Below are positions 27,978-38,900 of a DNA stretch of 64,000 nucleotides, one piece after another (positions within the stretch are counted from its first letter, which is position 1; every line of letters starts with the position of its first letter). The notes under the pieces are model-generated. The model had not been told where the DNA came from. It searched no databases and saw only the letters and a list, made by a program, of their open reading frames with translations. Origin of the DNA: a virus; the IMG/VR virus record IMGVR_UViG_3300045988_179183. One strand, written 5' to 3'. The translations under genes and the position numbers were made by a program.

Positions 27978-28007
27978 AACAATAAAAGGAGGAATTTTCC
28001 TCCTTTT
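27978..28007 (-). terminator. Putative intrinsic terminator at the end of the structural gene block
   Basis: The minus strand reads AAAAGGAGGA-aaat-TCCTCCTTTT followed by ATTGTTG. That is a 10-bp stem, located 8 nt after the stop at 28015. Confidence 0.6.
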
Positions 28008-28014
28008 ATATCTT

Positions 28015-28578
28015 TTAATTCCACTCAACATTTAATTGCCAACTCTCATCGGTTTCTTTCTTCACACTCTCAAACCAATACAATTTATTCTCCATCGGTT
28101 TTGCCACATCCCTATAATCTTTCATCACATTATCGGTATCTATCTGCCTGCACACCCATATACCGATAGATCCATTGGGAGGTATCGCCCCTATATTAAG
28201 TTTATTCTCGGAATCAGTCGTTTGAAAATCTCCGACAAAAGGTTTTGAATAGATATCCGGGATTCTTTCCATGACGGGTCTCCCCTCCTTATCAACATTC
28301 ATGGCAACGGGAGCGATCAGGAGAGTTCCTTGATTTAATTCACCCGCTGTTGTCATATATAATGTCACATCCGTCGCCTCCTGATCCGAATCATTAACGA
28401 GGACGAGGGCCCGGTATTCAGTTTTAGCTTTCGATGCCCCGTACACGGAGATTTCACCGAATAAATTATCAAACTCATCATTTCTCACGGTTAACTCTGA
28501 TATATAACCGCCGATCGATCCACTCGGTCTATTAGGCCCTTGACCCGAATTCAAACTCGTTGTATAACACAATTTCAT
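28015..28578 (-). CDS. Hypothetical virion/fibre-associated protein
   Basis: ORF at the end of the tail-fibre block. I prefer the start at 28578 (MKLCYTT) because the longer ORF overlaps the upstream gene by 38 nt. Confidence 0.45.
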   Translation of the reverse strand: MKLCYTTSLNSGQGPNRPSGSIGGYISELTVRNDEFDNLFGEISVYGASKAKTEYRALVLVNDSDQEATDVTLYMTTAGELNQGTLLIAPVAMNVDKEGRPVMERIPDIYSKPFVGDFQTTDSENKLNIGAIPPNGSIGIWVCRQIDTDNVMKDYRDVAKPMENKLYWFESVKKETDESWQLNVEWN

Positions 28579-28588
28579 TTTTCTTCTC

Positions 28589-29398
28589 TTAAATGGTCCA
28601 ATACTTACGTAACGTATCCTGATCACTAACCGTGATCACTCCGTTATTATTAACAACTTTTGCTAAAAGGAATTCGATATCCTGAACATACGCTGGAGGG
28701 CCGCCATTAACCGATTCAGTCAATAACTTCGACGCGTTATATCTATCATATGAATACAATCCCTCTTTCTGTTCGTCTGAGAAATTAGTACCGATGGGTA
28801 ATGTACCGAGAACAACCATTTTTAGATTCTGCTCGGCAACCAAACTATTATATGAATTAATAATCGCGGAAGTTCCGTTCACGACATCAACAACTTCGTA
28901 TATGCCGTTATTCAAAGGATCTGACCCGTCTTCTTTCTCAAACTTAATACTGATCGGTGCCTGACTTCCCTGCCCTCTTAGAACGTTTAAGAAATCAGTG
29001 TTTAGCCCGTTCAAATTTCCATTCACATCGACCGATACGTACCCATCCTCCCAGTGAACGATATCATACGCTAGAAAGACATAATAAGGTATCCCGTTGT
29101 TGGGAACTTCTAGATATCGTATTTCAGGTACTGTGATTAACTGTTTGTTCTTCGTAACGATATACCCCGGGGTTATTTTAATCGTGCCGGGATTCGAATC
29201 AGCTGTCACTCTTAGCTCTGTCGAACTCGATCCCCCCGCTGATGATACTATCCCCCATGATTTCGTTATCCCCATCAACAGGGTCTTGCAGAAACCCAGT
29301 TCGGAGAGAAACTCCTGACTTTTTTGTAGCTCCTCCTTTGAAAGAAACGTTCTTCTGTTATAATTTAATTTACTCATATATCCTTTTGTTTTAATCAA
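28589..29398 (-). CDS. Hypothetical fibre-associated protein
   Basis: ORF downstream of the LRR protein gene. An alternative start lies at 29377. Confidence 0.5.
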   Translation of the reverse strand: MIKTKGYMSKLNYNRRTFLSKEELQKSQEFLSELGFCKTLLMGITKSWGIVSSAGGSSSTELRVTADSNPGTIKITPGYIVTKNKQLITVPEIRYLEVPNNGIPYYVFLAYDIVHWEDGYVSVDVNGNLNGLNTDFLNVLRGQGSQAPISIKFEKEDGSDPLNNGIYEVVDVVNGTSAIINSYNSLVAEQNLKMVVLGTLPIGTNFSDEQKEGLYSYDRYNASKLLTESVNGGPPAYVQDIEFLLAKVVNNNGVITVSDQDTLRKYWTI

Positions 29399-32300
29399 CT
29401 AAAATCAAATTCCAACCTTTTGCTAGCACCAAATCACGAGAAGGCCCACCCTCTTTTAAATAAAGATCACTGTTTGAATAATAATACTTACCATCAGTTG
29501 TTGAATTTAAGTAACGTAAAAATCCGTTGTAATTACTCAAAAGTTCGGATGCGACACGAGCGTTCTCGGCATGAATTTCTTTATATGAAGGTGTCTCCGA
29601 TGAGACTACCATGGTGTCGGCTGAACATCCTGCAAAATTCAGGTATGTTATCCTCGTTGAAGTGAAAACTTCTATCCGCTCCAACTGTTTACAATTCTCA
29701 ACAGACATCCATCTTAAATTAGCACAGTATTTTACTGTACCACCGACAGATTTTTGAACCTCCGTTCGAACCGCAGTTGAACCGCTAATATCAATCACTT
29801 CAAGCCCCTCCATATGATAAAGAGGAACCCAACCTTCATACGCGTCTTGTGGTGAGAATTGCGTTAAATTTCTCAAATACAACTCTTTCAGTTTACTTGA
29901 TTGCAATAACGCGTAATAAACTTGCGCACCCGGAAGATTCACAGAATCGGATAAATCAAGATACTCCAACGAAGTGGGAACTGCGATAAGCAGGGTTTTC
30001 AATGAGTTATTCTTACTCAGATCTAATTTGACAAGATTCCGTGTTACAATCCCGAACGCGGGTATTGATGTGTTCGATGATAGCCAAGTTTGAACGTTCA
30101 TTATCGAATTCCACCAACCGAGTCCATCAATGGTCATATCGGGGTTATTATTTAGGTTGACATTCAATAAATTCGAATTATTCGTCAAATCTATAAGTTT
30201 CAACTGATTATTGCTCGCATTGAAATCCTCTAGCTTATTACCCGCTGCCAACGCTTTTCCAAATGTTATCGAAGGTTGACCTGATGATTGATTTTTTCCC
30301 AGTTGATTATACGAGCAATTGAATTTTCTCACATAATCGATTGTAGATAAATCCAACGTTGTTAATTCGTTGTATGAACAATTAACAAGTTCAAGTTTAG
30401 GAAAACGGAGCGCACCGACATTTTTATAGTAATTGATCAACCGCTGAACATCACTATCGGAAAAGTATCTATCAGTTATGATAACATCCTGCGCTCTTCC
30501 TTTAAACAACTTCCACCCTGATTGATATCCCCGGCCGAATGATATATGCTCGGTTCCGGTAAATCCAAGTAATCCATCATACGATAACGTGTCGCCTCCG
30601 GGTGTTGTTGATGCCGTGTATTTAACACCGTCAACATATATCTCGGTTAACCATGGGCCACCATTCCACTTAAATCTGAACATGACATGTTGCCATCGAT
30701 TAGGAGTTAGCTGGATCGCTTGACAGGTTTGACGCCCCGATCTCGTATAAAGGTCGACCGTTAATTTATTTTGGAACGTATTTTGCCCCCATCCAATCGC
30801 CCATCCAAATTGTCCTGTATTTAACCCGAAAAACACACCACCACATAGCCCCTGATAAGAAGTGACATCCGTTGGATAAATCATAAAACTACCTGAAACT
30901 TCTGACGTTACATTCGAACTCATTGTTAAAGGTAACTCAGCGTAAGTGCTTCCCATTTGGAGAGCGGATCTACCTTCTTCGTAACCTTCGACATAGCGCG
31001 GTTGCCCGACAATTGATGAAAATTCGAGTAAACTCTTATTCATTTTATTCATGTTTCCGTTAAGCAGATACGCTATGTCGATCGGGGTGGTCATTGAATT
31101 AACCACATCCTCGACATTCTCCGCCGTTGAACCACCCTCCGGCGTGAATGTTAGATTGGTGAGATTGTTATTATCGCAATTCAATGTCGTTAAATTCACC
31201 GTGTTCGTTAGATTCAATGTAGTCAGTAGGTTTTCACTGATATTTAATACCTGCAATGACTCACCTATTGCGTTTGGATCAAACGAGGTCAATAAGTTCT
31301 GATTCAGGTTCAAATTCACGATATTTTTACATCCCGTATAATTAAATGTGTGAATTTGATTGTTATATAGATAAACGAATTTCAACGCGTTATCCGTCGA
31401 TATATTAACCGTCTCCAAGGCATTATTATACCCGTTTAAGGTTTCAAGTACAGGGTTGTTCGAAACATCCAGTGTTTCCATCAACGCATTATTCGTCGCG
31501 GTTGCCGTTTTTAAAACAGGGCAATCATGTAACTCGACAAATTTAAGCTGAGGTTTATTACTGATGGTAAACTGGGTGAAGTTATTATAACTAGCATCGA
31601 CATTGACAAGATTATTACTTGTCACAATACTTGCAGCCGAACTATCCGTCAGTAAATTGTGTGAACAGTTCAATCCCCGTACGCCGGGGTGGGAACTGAG
31701 GTTAAGTGATGTTAATTGATTATTATCAACATCAATATTCTTCAACTCAGTGTTATTCGTTAATGTTATCGATGTCAATTGATTGTTGGATAAACTCAAA
31801 TTCGCAAGTTTCGTACAATACGGGGCTGAGAACGTTGTTAATCTATTGTTATCCATCGATAGAGTTGCGAGGTTGCTGTTTGTACTCAAATCGATCATGG
31901 TTGAAATCGATGTATTATCAGTTCTTAAACTCTGTAATTTACCGTCATTCAGAACATTCACGCTCGTCAAAATCGAGTTATCACCACAATCAGCTGTCAA
32001 TAAACTACCGCACCCGGATATATCAACTGAGGGTAATTTCGAGTTATTCGTCACATTTGCCACCGTCATCGCCGGACACTTACTCGCTGTCAACGTCGTT
32101 AGAAGATCCATCCCCGTGACTGTTAACGAGGTCATCACGGGCATATCGGCTATTAATAGAGTGGTAAGTTTCGGGTAACCCGCCCCCGTGAAATTACCCG
32201 TGGAGAGGTTATTCTTTCCTATATTCAAATCGACTAAGATGTTCGATGATGGGATTGTGAACGTGGTTAATTTATTATTATATACCGTGATCAATTTCAG

Positions 32301-34646
32301 ACTCGTTGCGTTACCCAAGTTCAAAGATGTCATTTGATTATTATCGGCATTCATGTTGATAAGCGCAACATTCGCGGCAACGTTAAGAGAAGTCAACTTG
32401 TTATCGTTCAAAAGTAAGTTTTTTAACGATACGAGGTTACTCAAATCAAGCGACGAAAAGTTATTTCTCCCCAAATCCAAGTAATTCACATTCGGATTCG
32501 CGGTTAGGGATAGATTGGATAATTTATTATTCTTCAATGAAATCGATGTTACCTTTGTTAACGATGATATATCTATCTGGGTTAACAAATTATTATCCAT
32601 GTTAAGAACATCGATATTCGGCATATTAGTAAAACTGACAGATATAATTTCATTATCGGGTACGTTCAATGTCGTTATATCCCCGTCATTGATCACGATA
32701 ACGTGTTGGGCCTGATTATCAGTATATCGGTGTGTTAGAATATCGGTTGTCGTCACACCATCCCCCCAATCAACAACCAACTTCCCATCATACTGAGTTC
32801 CCTCGAAAGAAAACGCACGTTTTGACGTGACAAAATTCATCAACGATTTTTTGAACACGACGTTTGCGACTATGTTTTTGCTCATCGAAACCAGATATTG
32901 ATTCGAAACTGGCTTCATCTCCCCGTCTATCTCGACCGAATCTATCTGATACCCAACACTAGGTGTGATTCTGATAGTCGCGATATCCCCGGCTCTGTAC
33001 GTCCCGGCACCCACAACAACACCTCCGGCTGTTGGAACCCAGTTAACTGTAAGAACGAAGAACATAATATCAACACCCGTTAAATAAGTTGGTAGCAGAA
33101 CATTGTTCTTGTAACTTAAAAGGTATTGCTCCGTGAAGTTCTTAATATATGATTCCTCCCTCCCGGAATTATTATAAAAGTATGTTGCAATCGGTAGTAT
33201 CGAACTCAAGTATCCCCGCTCGATCGATAATTGTAGCGGTTTTACCTTGATATCTCGTATTAGAAGTGCCTTATCGCCGCTCTGATATGTTTGTGTTATA
33301 ACGGGCGTGAAATATCGCATATCCTTGTGGGATAACAAGGGTGTCCCGTTTAGGAAGTTAAGTCTCACATTCGGGTTCGGATATTCATCCGCTCTTAATA
33401 TAACCGCACGGAACCAATATTCAACACCGATCTGATTTATCACCCGTGGTGTATCCTTGTCGTAAAATGAATTCTGAGGCTGCCCGGTCTGAGCGTTGGA
33501 AAAATCCAAGGGTGAGAGATTTTTATCGTAACCCTTCACACCGAAATTCAAATGATCGGGTGCGGTTACCTCACCGGAAATGGCGATGACCCTGAAATAA
33601 ATCTCATAGGGTATGGAAGGCGAGATCTTCAACAATTTTTCTTTATCAACAGGTGCTTCAATACCGTTCGTCCCCGCGGATGTTGCCAACCTCAACCATT
33701 CATAGAGTCCGTGTTGAAAAACATCAACTGAACCAACGACAGGATACTTCGATATATCCTTAATCGATTCGGTGTACTCATATGCCTTCATCGCGTTAAC
33801 GATCTGCTCCGTTCCGATCCACATGGGCGAGGAGAAATCACAACACCAGCCCAGATCCTGTCTCACTAAGTTAAAAAACATGAATTCCTCGTCCGGGTTA
33901 TAATTAATCAGTCTCAAAAATTCCCCGTTCACCGTCCCGTCCATGTCTATGATGTTACGCGTTCCCCTTTTTCGAAATTCATCTATGTAATGCGAGAAGA
34001 GATAATTTCTCTGTAATTGAGTTTCCTCCCCGGAAAGGGCCAACCCCCTTCCCTCCAGAAATAAATTGAATAGAATGTTATTTCCCGGTATATCCTCAAA
34101 CTGTCGTGCCATGTAAACGATCAGAGCGAAAAAATGCGTTATCGATAGCCAATAATCGATGAAATCCTTACTATTCTCCGTGTAATCTCTTTGTACATAT
34201 TTAGGAAGTATTCCTAATTCATATAATTTTTCGAGCACGTTAAAAGCCCAGCCCAGAACATTGATATCATTAACATCGAAAAATTGCTTGAAATCCGTTT
34301 TCGAATATATCGTATCATCGCCTTGACGAACCTCGCCTTCAAGCTGAACCCAGTTAAAATAGAGCTCTCCATTCTGTCCTTCGTGTTCATACGTGTATTC
34401 GAATAAAAACGATTCCTTTTCCTTGATTGGAACGTTTTGTAGGTTCGCGGCTGTCAAATTTTGCCAATCACTCCAATTTGTTCCTATATCTTTTGAATAG
34501 CGGAATTTCTTCTGATAATACATATCGGCTGTTTCACCGGATGTGTTATCTATGAAACCGTACAACAAAACTAAACCCAAAACGGGTACATCAGTACTGA
34601 TATGGAGCACATCGCCATTCTCCGTTGTTTTATTCTCAATGATCAT
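29391..34646 (-). CDS. Giant tail adhesin with leucine-rich repeats (1751 aa)
   Basis: Domain layout: an N-terminal ~530-aa domain; an InlB-B-repeat-like Ig module (GAGTYRAGDIATIRITPSVGYQIDS); ~25 LRRs of about 22 aa (e.g. LTSLNLSS..L..L.C..N.LT) at aa ~657-1168; a LamG-like insert at aa ~1196-1410; and a second LRR block at aa ~1416-1670. Confidence 0.7.
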   Translation of the reverse strand: MIIENKTTENGDVLHISTDVPVLGLVLLYGFIDNTSGETADMYYQKKFRYSKDIGTNWSDWQNLTAANLQNVPIKEKESFLFEYTYEHEGQNGELYFNWVQLEGEVRQGDDTIYSKTDFKQFFDVNDINVLGWAFNVLEKLYELGILPKYVQRDYTENSKDFIDYWLSITHFFALIVYMARQFEDIPGNNILFNLFLEGRGLALSGEETQLQRNYLFSHYIDEFRKRGTRNIIDMDGTVNGEFLRLINYNPDEEFMFFNLVRQDLGWCCDFSSPMWIGTEQIVNAMKAYEYTESIKDISKYPVVGSVDVFQHGLYEWLRLATSAGTNGIEAPVDKEKLLKISPSIPYEIYFRVIAISGEVTAPDHLNFGVKGYDKNLSPLDFSNAQTGQPQNSFYDKDTPRVINQIGVEYWFRAVILRADEYPNPNVRLNFLNGTPLLSHKDMRYFTPVITQTYQSGDKALLIRDIKVKPLQLSIERGYLSSILPIATYFYNNSGREESYIKNFTEQYLLSYKNNVLLPTYLTGVDIMFFVLTVNWVPTAGGVVVGAGTYRAGDIATIRITPSVGYQIDSVEIDGEMKPVSNQYLVSMSKNIVANVVFKKSLMNFVTSKRAFSFEGTQYDGKLVVDWGDGVTTTDILTHRYTDNQAQHVIVINDGDITTLNVPDNEIISVSFTNMPNIDVLNMDNNLLTQIDISSLTKVTSISLKNNKLSNLSLTANPNVNYLDLGRNNFSSLDLSNLVSLKNLLLNDNKLTSLNVAANVALINMNADNNQMTSLNLGNATSLKLITVYNNKLTTFTIPSSNILVDLNIGKNNLSTGNFTGAGYPKLTTLLIADMPVMTSLTVTGMDLLTTLTASKCPAMTVANVTNNSKLPSVDISGCGSLLTADCGDNSILTSVNVLNDGKLQSLRTDNTSISTMIDLSTNSNLATLSMDNNRLTTFSAPYCTKLANLSLSNNQLTSITLTNNTELKNIDVDNNQLTSLNLSSHPGVRGLNCSHNLLTDSSAASIVTSNNLVNVDASYNNFTQFTISNKPQLKFVELHDCPVLKTATATNNALMETLDVSNNPVLETLNGYNNALETVNISTDNALKFVYLYNNQIHTFNYTGCKNIVNLNLNQNLLTSFDPNAIGESLQVLNISENLLTTLNLTNTVNLTTLNCDNNNLTNLTFTPEGGSTAENVEDVVNSMTTPIDIAYLLNGNMNKMNKSLLEFSSIVGQPRYVEGYEEGRSALQMGSTYAELPLTMSSNVTSEVSGSFMIYPTDVTSYQGLCGGVFFGLNTGQFGWAIGWGQNTFQNKLTVDLYTRSGRQTCQAIQLTPNRWQHVMFRFKWNGGPWLTEIYVDGVKYTASTTPGGDTLSYDGLLGFTGTEHISFGRGYQSGWKLFKGRAQDVIITDRYFSDSDVQRLINYYKNVGALRFPKLELVNCSYNELTTLDLSTIDYVRKFNCSYNQLGKNQSSGQPSITFGKALAAGNKLEDFNASNNQLKLIDLTNNSNLLNVNLNNNPDMTIDGLGWWNSIMNVQTWLSSNTSIPAFGIVTRNLVKLDLSKNNSLKTLLIAVPTSLEYLDLSDSVNLPGAQVYYALLQSSKLKELYLRNLTQFSPQDAYEGWVPLYHMEGLEVIDISGSTAVRTEVQKSVGGTVKYCANLRWMSVENCKQLERIEVFTSTRITYLNFAGCSADTMVVSSETPSYKEIHAENARVASELLSNYNGFLRYLNSTTDGKYYYSNSDLYLKEGGPSRDLVLAKGWNLILVD

Positions 34647-34663
34647 AAATACTTTCGTTTATT

Positions 34664-34680
34664 CCGTAAAGATAAAAAAA
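34664..34680 (-). promoter_or_regulatory. Short promoter-like motif, late-type variant (plus strand CCGTAAAGATAAAAAAAA)
   Basis: It shares TAAAGATA with the long motif. It lies about 20 nt upstream of the ATG at 34646 and directly after a terminator hairpin. Confidence 0.4.
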
Positions 34681-34705
34681 ATAATCCTTTAAACAAAGGA
34701 TTATT
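34672..34705 (-). terminator. Putative intrinsic terminator after the LamG-like gene
   Basis: The minus strand reads ATAATCCTTT-gttt-AAAGGATTAT followed by TTTTTTTT. Confidence 0.65.
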
Positions 34706-34738
34706 CATCTTGTGTATCTATCTCGTTAATAAACAGGA

Positions 34739-35983
34739 TCAGGTTGTTTTCGTCACGATAAACTTTTGAGTGACTCCCTGAAATGTAAATTCAAAAACTA
34801 TATCACCTAACGGGAAAACATTATTAACCGGTAAATACGCTCCACTGCCGTCAAGATTATTCTTGATCTCTTTCATCGACCCGGTTATATTATACGGGAT
34901 TGTAATTCCACTGACGGTCACGGTCGCCTTGAGTGAGTACCCACCCAGCGACCCCTCAACGCCAACATCAGGAGACATCGACCGGTTAAAATACAAACCA
35001 TTTATTGCACTCGTTATGATTTTATTCGTTTCCGACGCTGCGGTCATATTAGGCTTGATATTATCTTCCGTGGTACCCGTTCCACCCGTACAAACGAAAG
35101 GCTTCGTTGCTCCCCATGAATCGATAGAAGGTGATTTCGATGTACTCGGCAACATATTACCCTTATACACCCGGTATAAAAGATTCAGTTCCACGGGTGT
35201 GAGTGCCCGTGAAAAGTAGGCATATTCTTGAAGATACCCTTGCCACCAATCTAAGGGAGGTACCGTCGTGCGGAACGCCCGACCCAACCAGATATTACCA
35301 TCCCAGGTGTAATCTCGGCCATCATATTGAACCGGGCCCCCTAGAGGATATTGATCGGGTGTCATCAACCCGTATTTCTCCCCGTTCAAGTAAAATTCAA
35401 TGGTGTTAGATGATACATCGAGAATCATTATCAGGTGATTCCACCCGTTCACGATCCAATTATCAACATCCGCCTTACATACCTGATTTGATGAACCGTT
35501 ATAAATTTGGAACCTCATCGGCGTGGATGACGGGGTTCCGTTCGCGACATCTAGACCGAGAGCGTATCCCAGACCGGAGGTTCCCGGACCGTTTAAAACA
35601 CCACCCATGATCCCGTCATACGTGGTGTTTGACGTACCCATACTGAACGCACAGATGGATATGGTAAACGCGTTCGTACCTTTCACTACCGTGGGCAATC
35701 GAATGGCCGCACCCCCGTCGATTAAATCAAGGCAAGTCGCCCCGTTAAAGCCGGCTGTGTAATATTCTATATTCCCTATCGTTGCACCGGGATCATTACC
35801 GTTCCCGGAATAGTCGGTTATATCCCCTCCCAGGGGTAAATAGATAGAAGGTTTCAGGTTAAGTATCGTGTTAATACCGGCAACCGGCCATAACTTCACA
35901 CCCTCGAACCACGCTTCTTTCAAGTTCTTACCTTCAAAGGCCCCCGCCTTCAGATCACCCAGTGTTCCCAGTGTTATTCCCAT
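34739..35983 (-). CDS. LamG/concanavalin-A-like lectin-domain tail fibre protein (414 aa)
   Basis: NAFTISICAF..YDGIMGG..WNHLIMILD..IEFYLNGEKYG..IWLGRAF..LQEYAYFSRALTPVELNLLY is a LamG-like beta-sandwich pattern. It is paralogous to the insert in the LRR protein. Confidence 0.55.
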   Translation of the reverse strand: MGITLGTLGDLKAGAFEGKNLKEAWFEGVKLWPVAGINTILNLKPSIYLPLGGDITDYSGNGNDPGATIGNIEYYTAGFNGATCLDLIDGGAAIRLPTVVKGTNAFTISICAFSMGTSNTTYDGIMGGVLNGPGTSGLGYALGLDVANGTPSSTPMRFQIYNGSSNQVCKADVDNWIVNGWNHLIMILDVSSNTIEFYLNGEKYGLMTPDQYPLGGPVQYDGRDYTWDGNIWLGRAFRTTVPPLDWWQGYLQEYAYFSRALTPVELNLLYRVYKGNMLPSTSKSPSIDSWGATKPFVCTGGTGTTEDNIKPNMTAASETNKIITSAINGLYFNRSMSPDVGVEGSLGGYSLKATVTVSGITIPYNITGSMKEIKNNLDGSGAYLPVNNVFPLGDIVFEFTFQGVTQKFIVTKTT

Positions 35984-35987
35984 AATC

Positions 35988-38900
35988 TTATCCGAAAACT
36001 AAATATAAAACCCCACTTGCCTGTGTAGCCGGTAACGCGTCAACCGGCTGAATATCTGTGACCTTCTTGGTTGAAGTCGATTTCACGAAATTCTGGGAAT
36101 TAACCCACGCCTGAGTCGCGTAACCATTTAATGCAGAACTAGTAATAAATCCACTATCATTAGTCAAATGACTGGTATTTGTTGGTATATTAACTGTTGC
36201 TGCAGCACCATTAGGATCAAATGTTTTAGCAGAGAAAGTTCCAGCTTGGAATGTTAGATTATATATAGTTTGATGTGATGTTAGATAACCCTTATTATTT
36301 ACCCATGTTTGGGTGGCCACTAAATCTCCATTCATGTATAAACTACCCCAATATCCATTAGCATAAGAAGTACTAGAACCAGCTCTCCATACCCAAGTAG
36401 AAGGAGCATAAGTACAACCAGAAGGAATTCTATAATTAACTATCACTTCATTGGAAGCAGAAGTGGCAATAGTATTTCCTAAACAAAATTCATTTCCTCT
36501 AGTTCTAATAGTAGTATAACTACCAGTAGTATTGTATAATGATAGGGAAGCAAATTGACCATTAGCCCAACTCTGTGTTGCATATCCATCTAAAGAACTA
36601 GATGTTAAATATGTAGCTCCTTTAGTAACAGTTAATGTATGGCCATTAGCTGTTATTGCAGTTACAGCATTACCAGAACCACTATTAGATATAGAGATAC
36701 TTGGTATAGATGGTATTTGATCTGTAGTAGCTATTGTTTTTCCAAATAAAAATCCTTTAGCTGTGCTTAAGTCTAATTGAAATGTTGAAGTATTAGACAA
36801 AGTAATCCTAAAAGTATTACCAGTATTTAATAATTCCATACTAAGTAGTCTTTCAGCTGCAGTGGTAGTATCTATAGCTGCACCAGATCTTCTAGCTACT
36901 AATAAAGGAGTTTGACCCCCATCCCCTGGAACTTGAACACTTAATGCTCCAGCTCCTCCATTCCAATTATTTCCTGTTCCTCCAACTACATCAATTACAG
37001 CATTATTTTTTCTGCTGTTCATGGTCAGAGCACCTGTTAATGTTCCTCCAGACAAAGGTAAATATCCTGAAACAGTAGGAATATCTGTAATTAAAGCTAA
37101 TCTAGTACTGCCAGAAGTTGTTCCAACTCTAGCATATCCATCATTATCTATAAATAAATATTTGTTAGAATTATAATTATATATATAAGCACCTAGACTA
37201 TCCATGAATCCTATTGCAGCTGAAGCAGTTCCCCTTCTAAGAACTCTCATAAAAGTTTCAGATCCATTAGTGTCATTATTATTAATTACAAGAGTTGTGC
37301 TTCCAACTGTATTTATAGTTAAATTGCCTGATAATGTTCCTCCAGTTAGAGGAAGATAATTACCTATATCAGATGTAGTAGCTAATTTAATCCACTTTCC
37401 AAATGATGTCCATTTAGTTCTATAATAAAGTTCTGTCCTATTAGCACCTGCCCATAATTGGATTCCTTCATCATCTCCTTGAACACTAAATAATAATCCA
37501 CTACTTGTTGGAGTTCCAGCAACACCCTGAGTTTCAGCATAAAATATTTGATTAGTAGGTACACTATTTGGATTATTATTATAAGATGCTGATAATATAT
37601 TAACATCTTTATTTGTTAATAACCTATTCCATTCTCCATATGTTGTCTCATTATAAGCCATATGCCTATAATAAAGACCATTTTTACTAGCTTCTGCACC
37701 ACCTGGAAACCATAATTGATTTGCCCAATGAGCATTTCTTGAATTTACTTGTAATACAGTTCCATAATTAGTGGGACCTCCTGCACTAGATACATCATAA
37801 GCATCTAATACTTGTAAATACCCACTATAATTTCTATTTGGAGTTAAATCATTTGTCCAAATACTACTTCTAAATCCTATTCCATTTTCAATATATATAA
37901 TTCCTCTAGAATAAATTCCATTAGCAGGTACTAAATTTAAAGCATCACTGGTATAACTTGGTCCTACATACAATCCTCCAGTAGCTACTTTATGAACTCC
38001 ACCAGCAGAATTTAGAAACTGAAATGCATTAGTGGAGGCGATCATATATGGACCCGTTACACCGAATACCAATTTGTTGGTATATACCGATGCGATATAT
38101 CCTGCCAGAAAAGCCCAACTCGATGATCCTAATTGCGATACACCACCCGATGCAAGACTCTTTTCGACATTGGGAAGGAAACCATTACCATTTGCTCTCA
38201 ACCATGGATACGTTGTGCCGTCAACTCTGATGATCGCCGGGTAATTGTTCTCATCGAAAGATAACCCAGCAATATTCTCATCTGCGGTCACGACTCTCTT
38301 CCAGTTGGATGAATCACCGTACCCAAGGTTATTGGCGGTCCTGAACCACATCCTGCCTGTTCCGTTATCCACGTTATGGATTATATCGAATGCGAGCTGA
38401 GTTTTCAGTGCCGCCTCATTATAGGATGAAGTGTAAGGTCCATCTATCTGTAATACATTGCCATAACCCATACCAGTAGGTGCATTGACAATCTTCCCTG
38501 GGGTGTAATAATTGAATAGGAGTTTCGGTTTATCCACCCCGATCATAGAATTCGCATCGTACCCATCGTTATTAACAGCGTGGGAAACAAATCCGTAAGT
38601 CCATGTGATGTTTTGGGGGAGGAACTCCGTGTAATTCGATGAATCAAGAATCGTGTAATCAGTTGCCCCCTTGGTGTGAATCAAATTGACATTACCACTT
38701 CTAATTTTAGTGGTACCTGAAGCACGACCTAAATGTGCCAACGTTGAACTCTGAGACCAAACCAACGCATTACCGTTCGGGTCATCCAATGACCATGTGA
38801 TTGGAACTACTAATGAAGCGGGTTTGAATTTATATTGTGCTGTACTAGAATTAACATCTCCTATACCTATATAAGCATATCCAAGATTAGTATTATTAAC

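Noticed and set aside
29637-32678. Periodic nucleotide repetition in the LRR region as a possible tandem DNA repeat or CRISPR-like array
   Set aside because: The periodicity is at the protein level (about 66 nt LRR units) with divergent DNA. There are no identical direct repeats or spacers, and the region is one continuous ORF.
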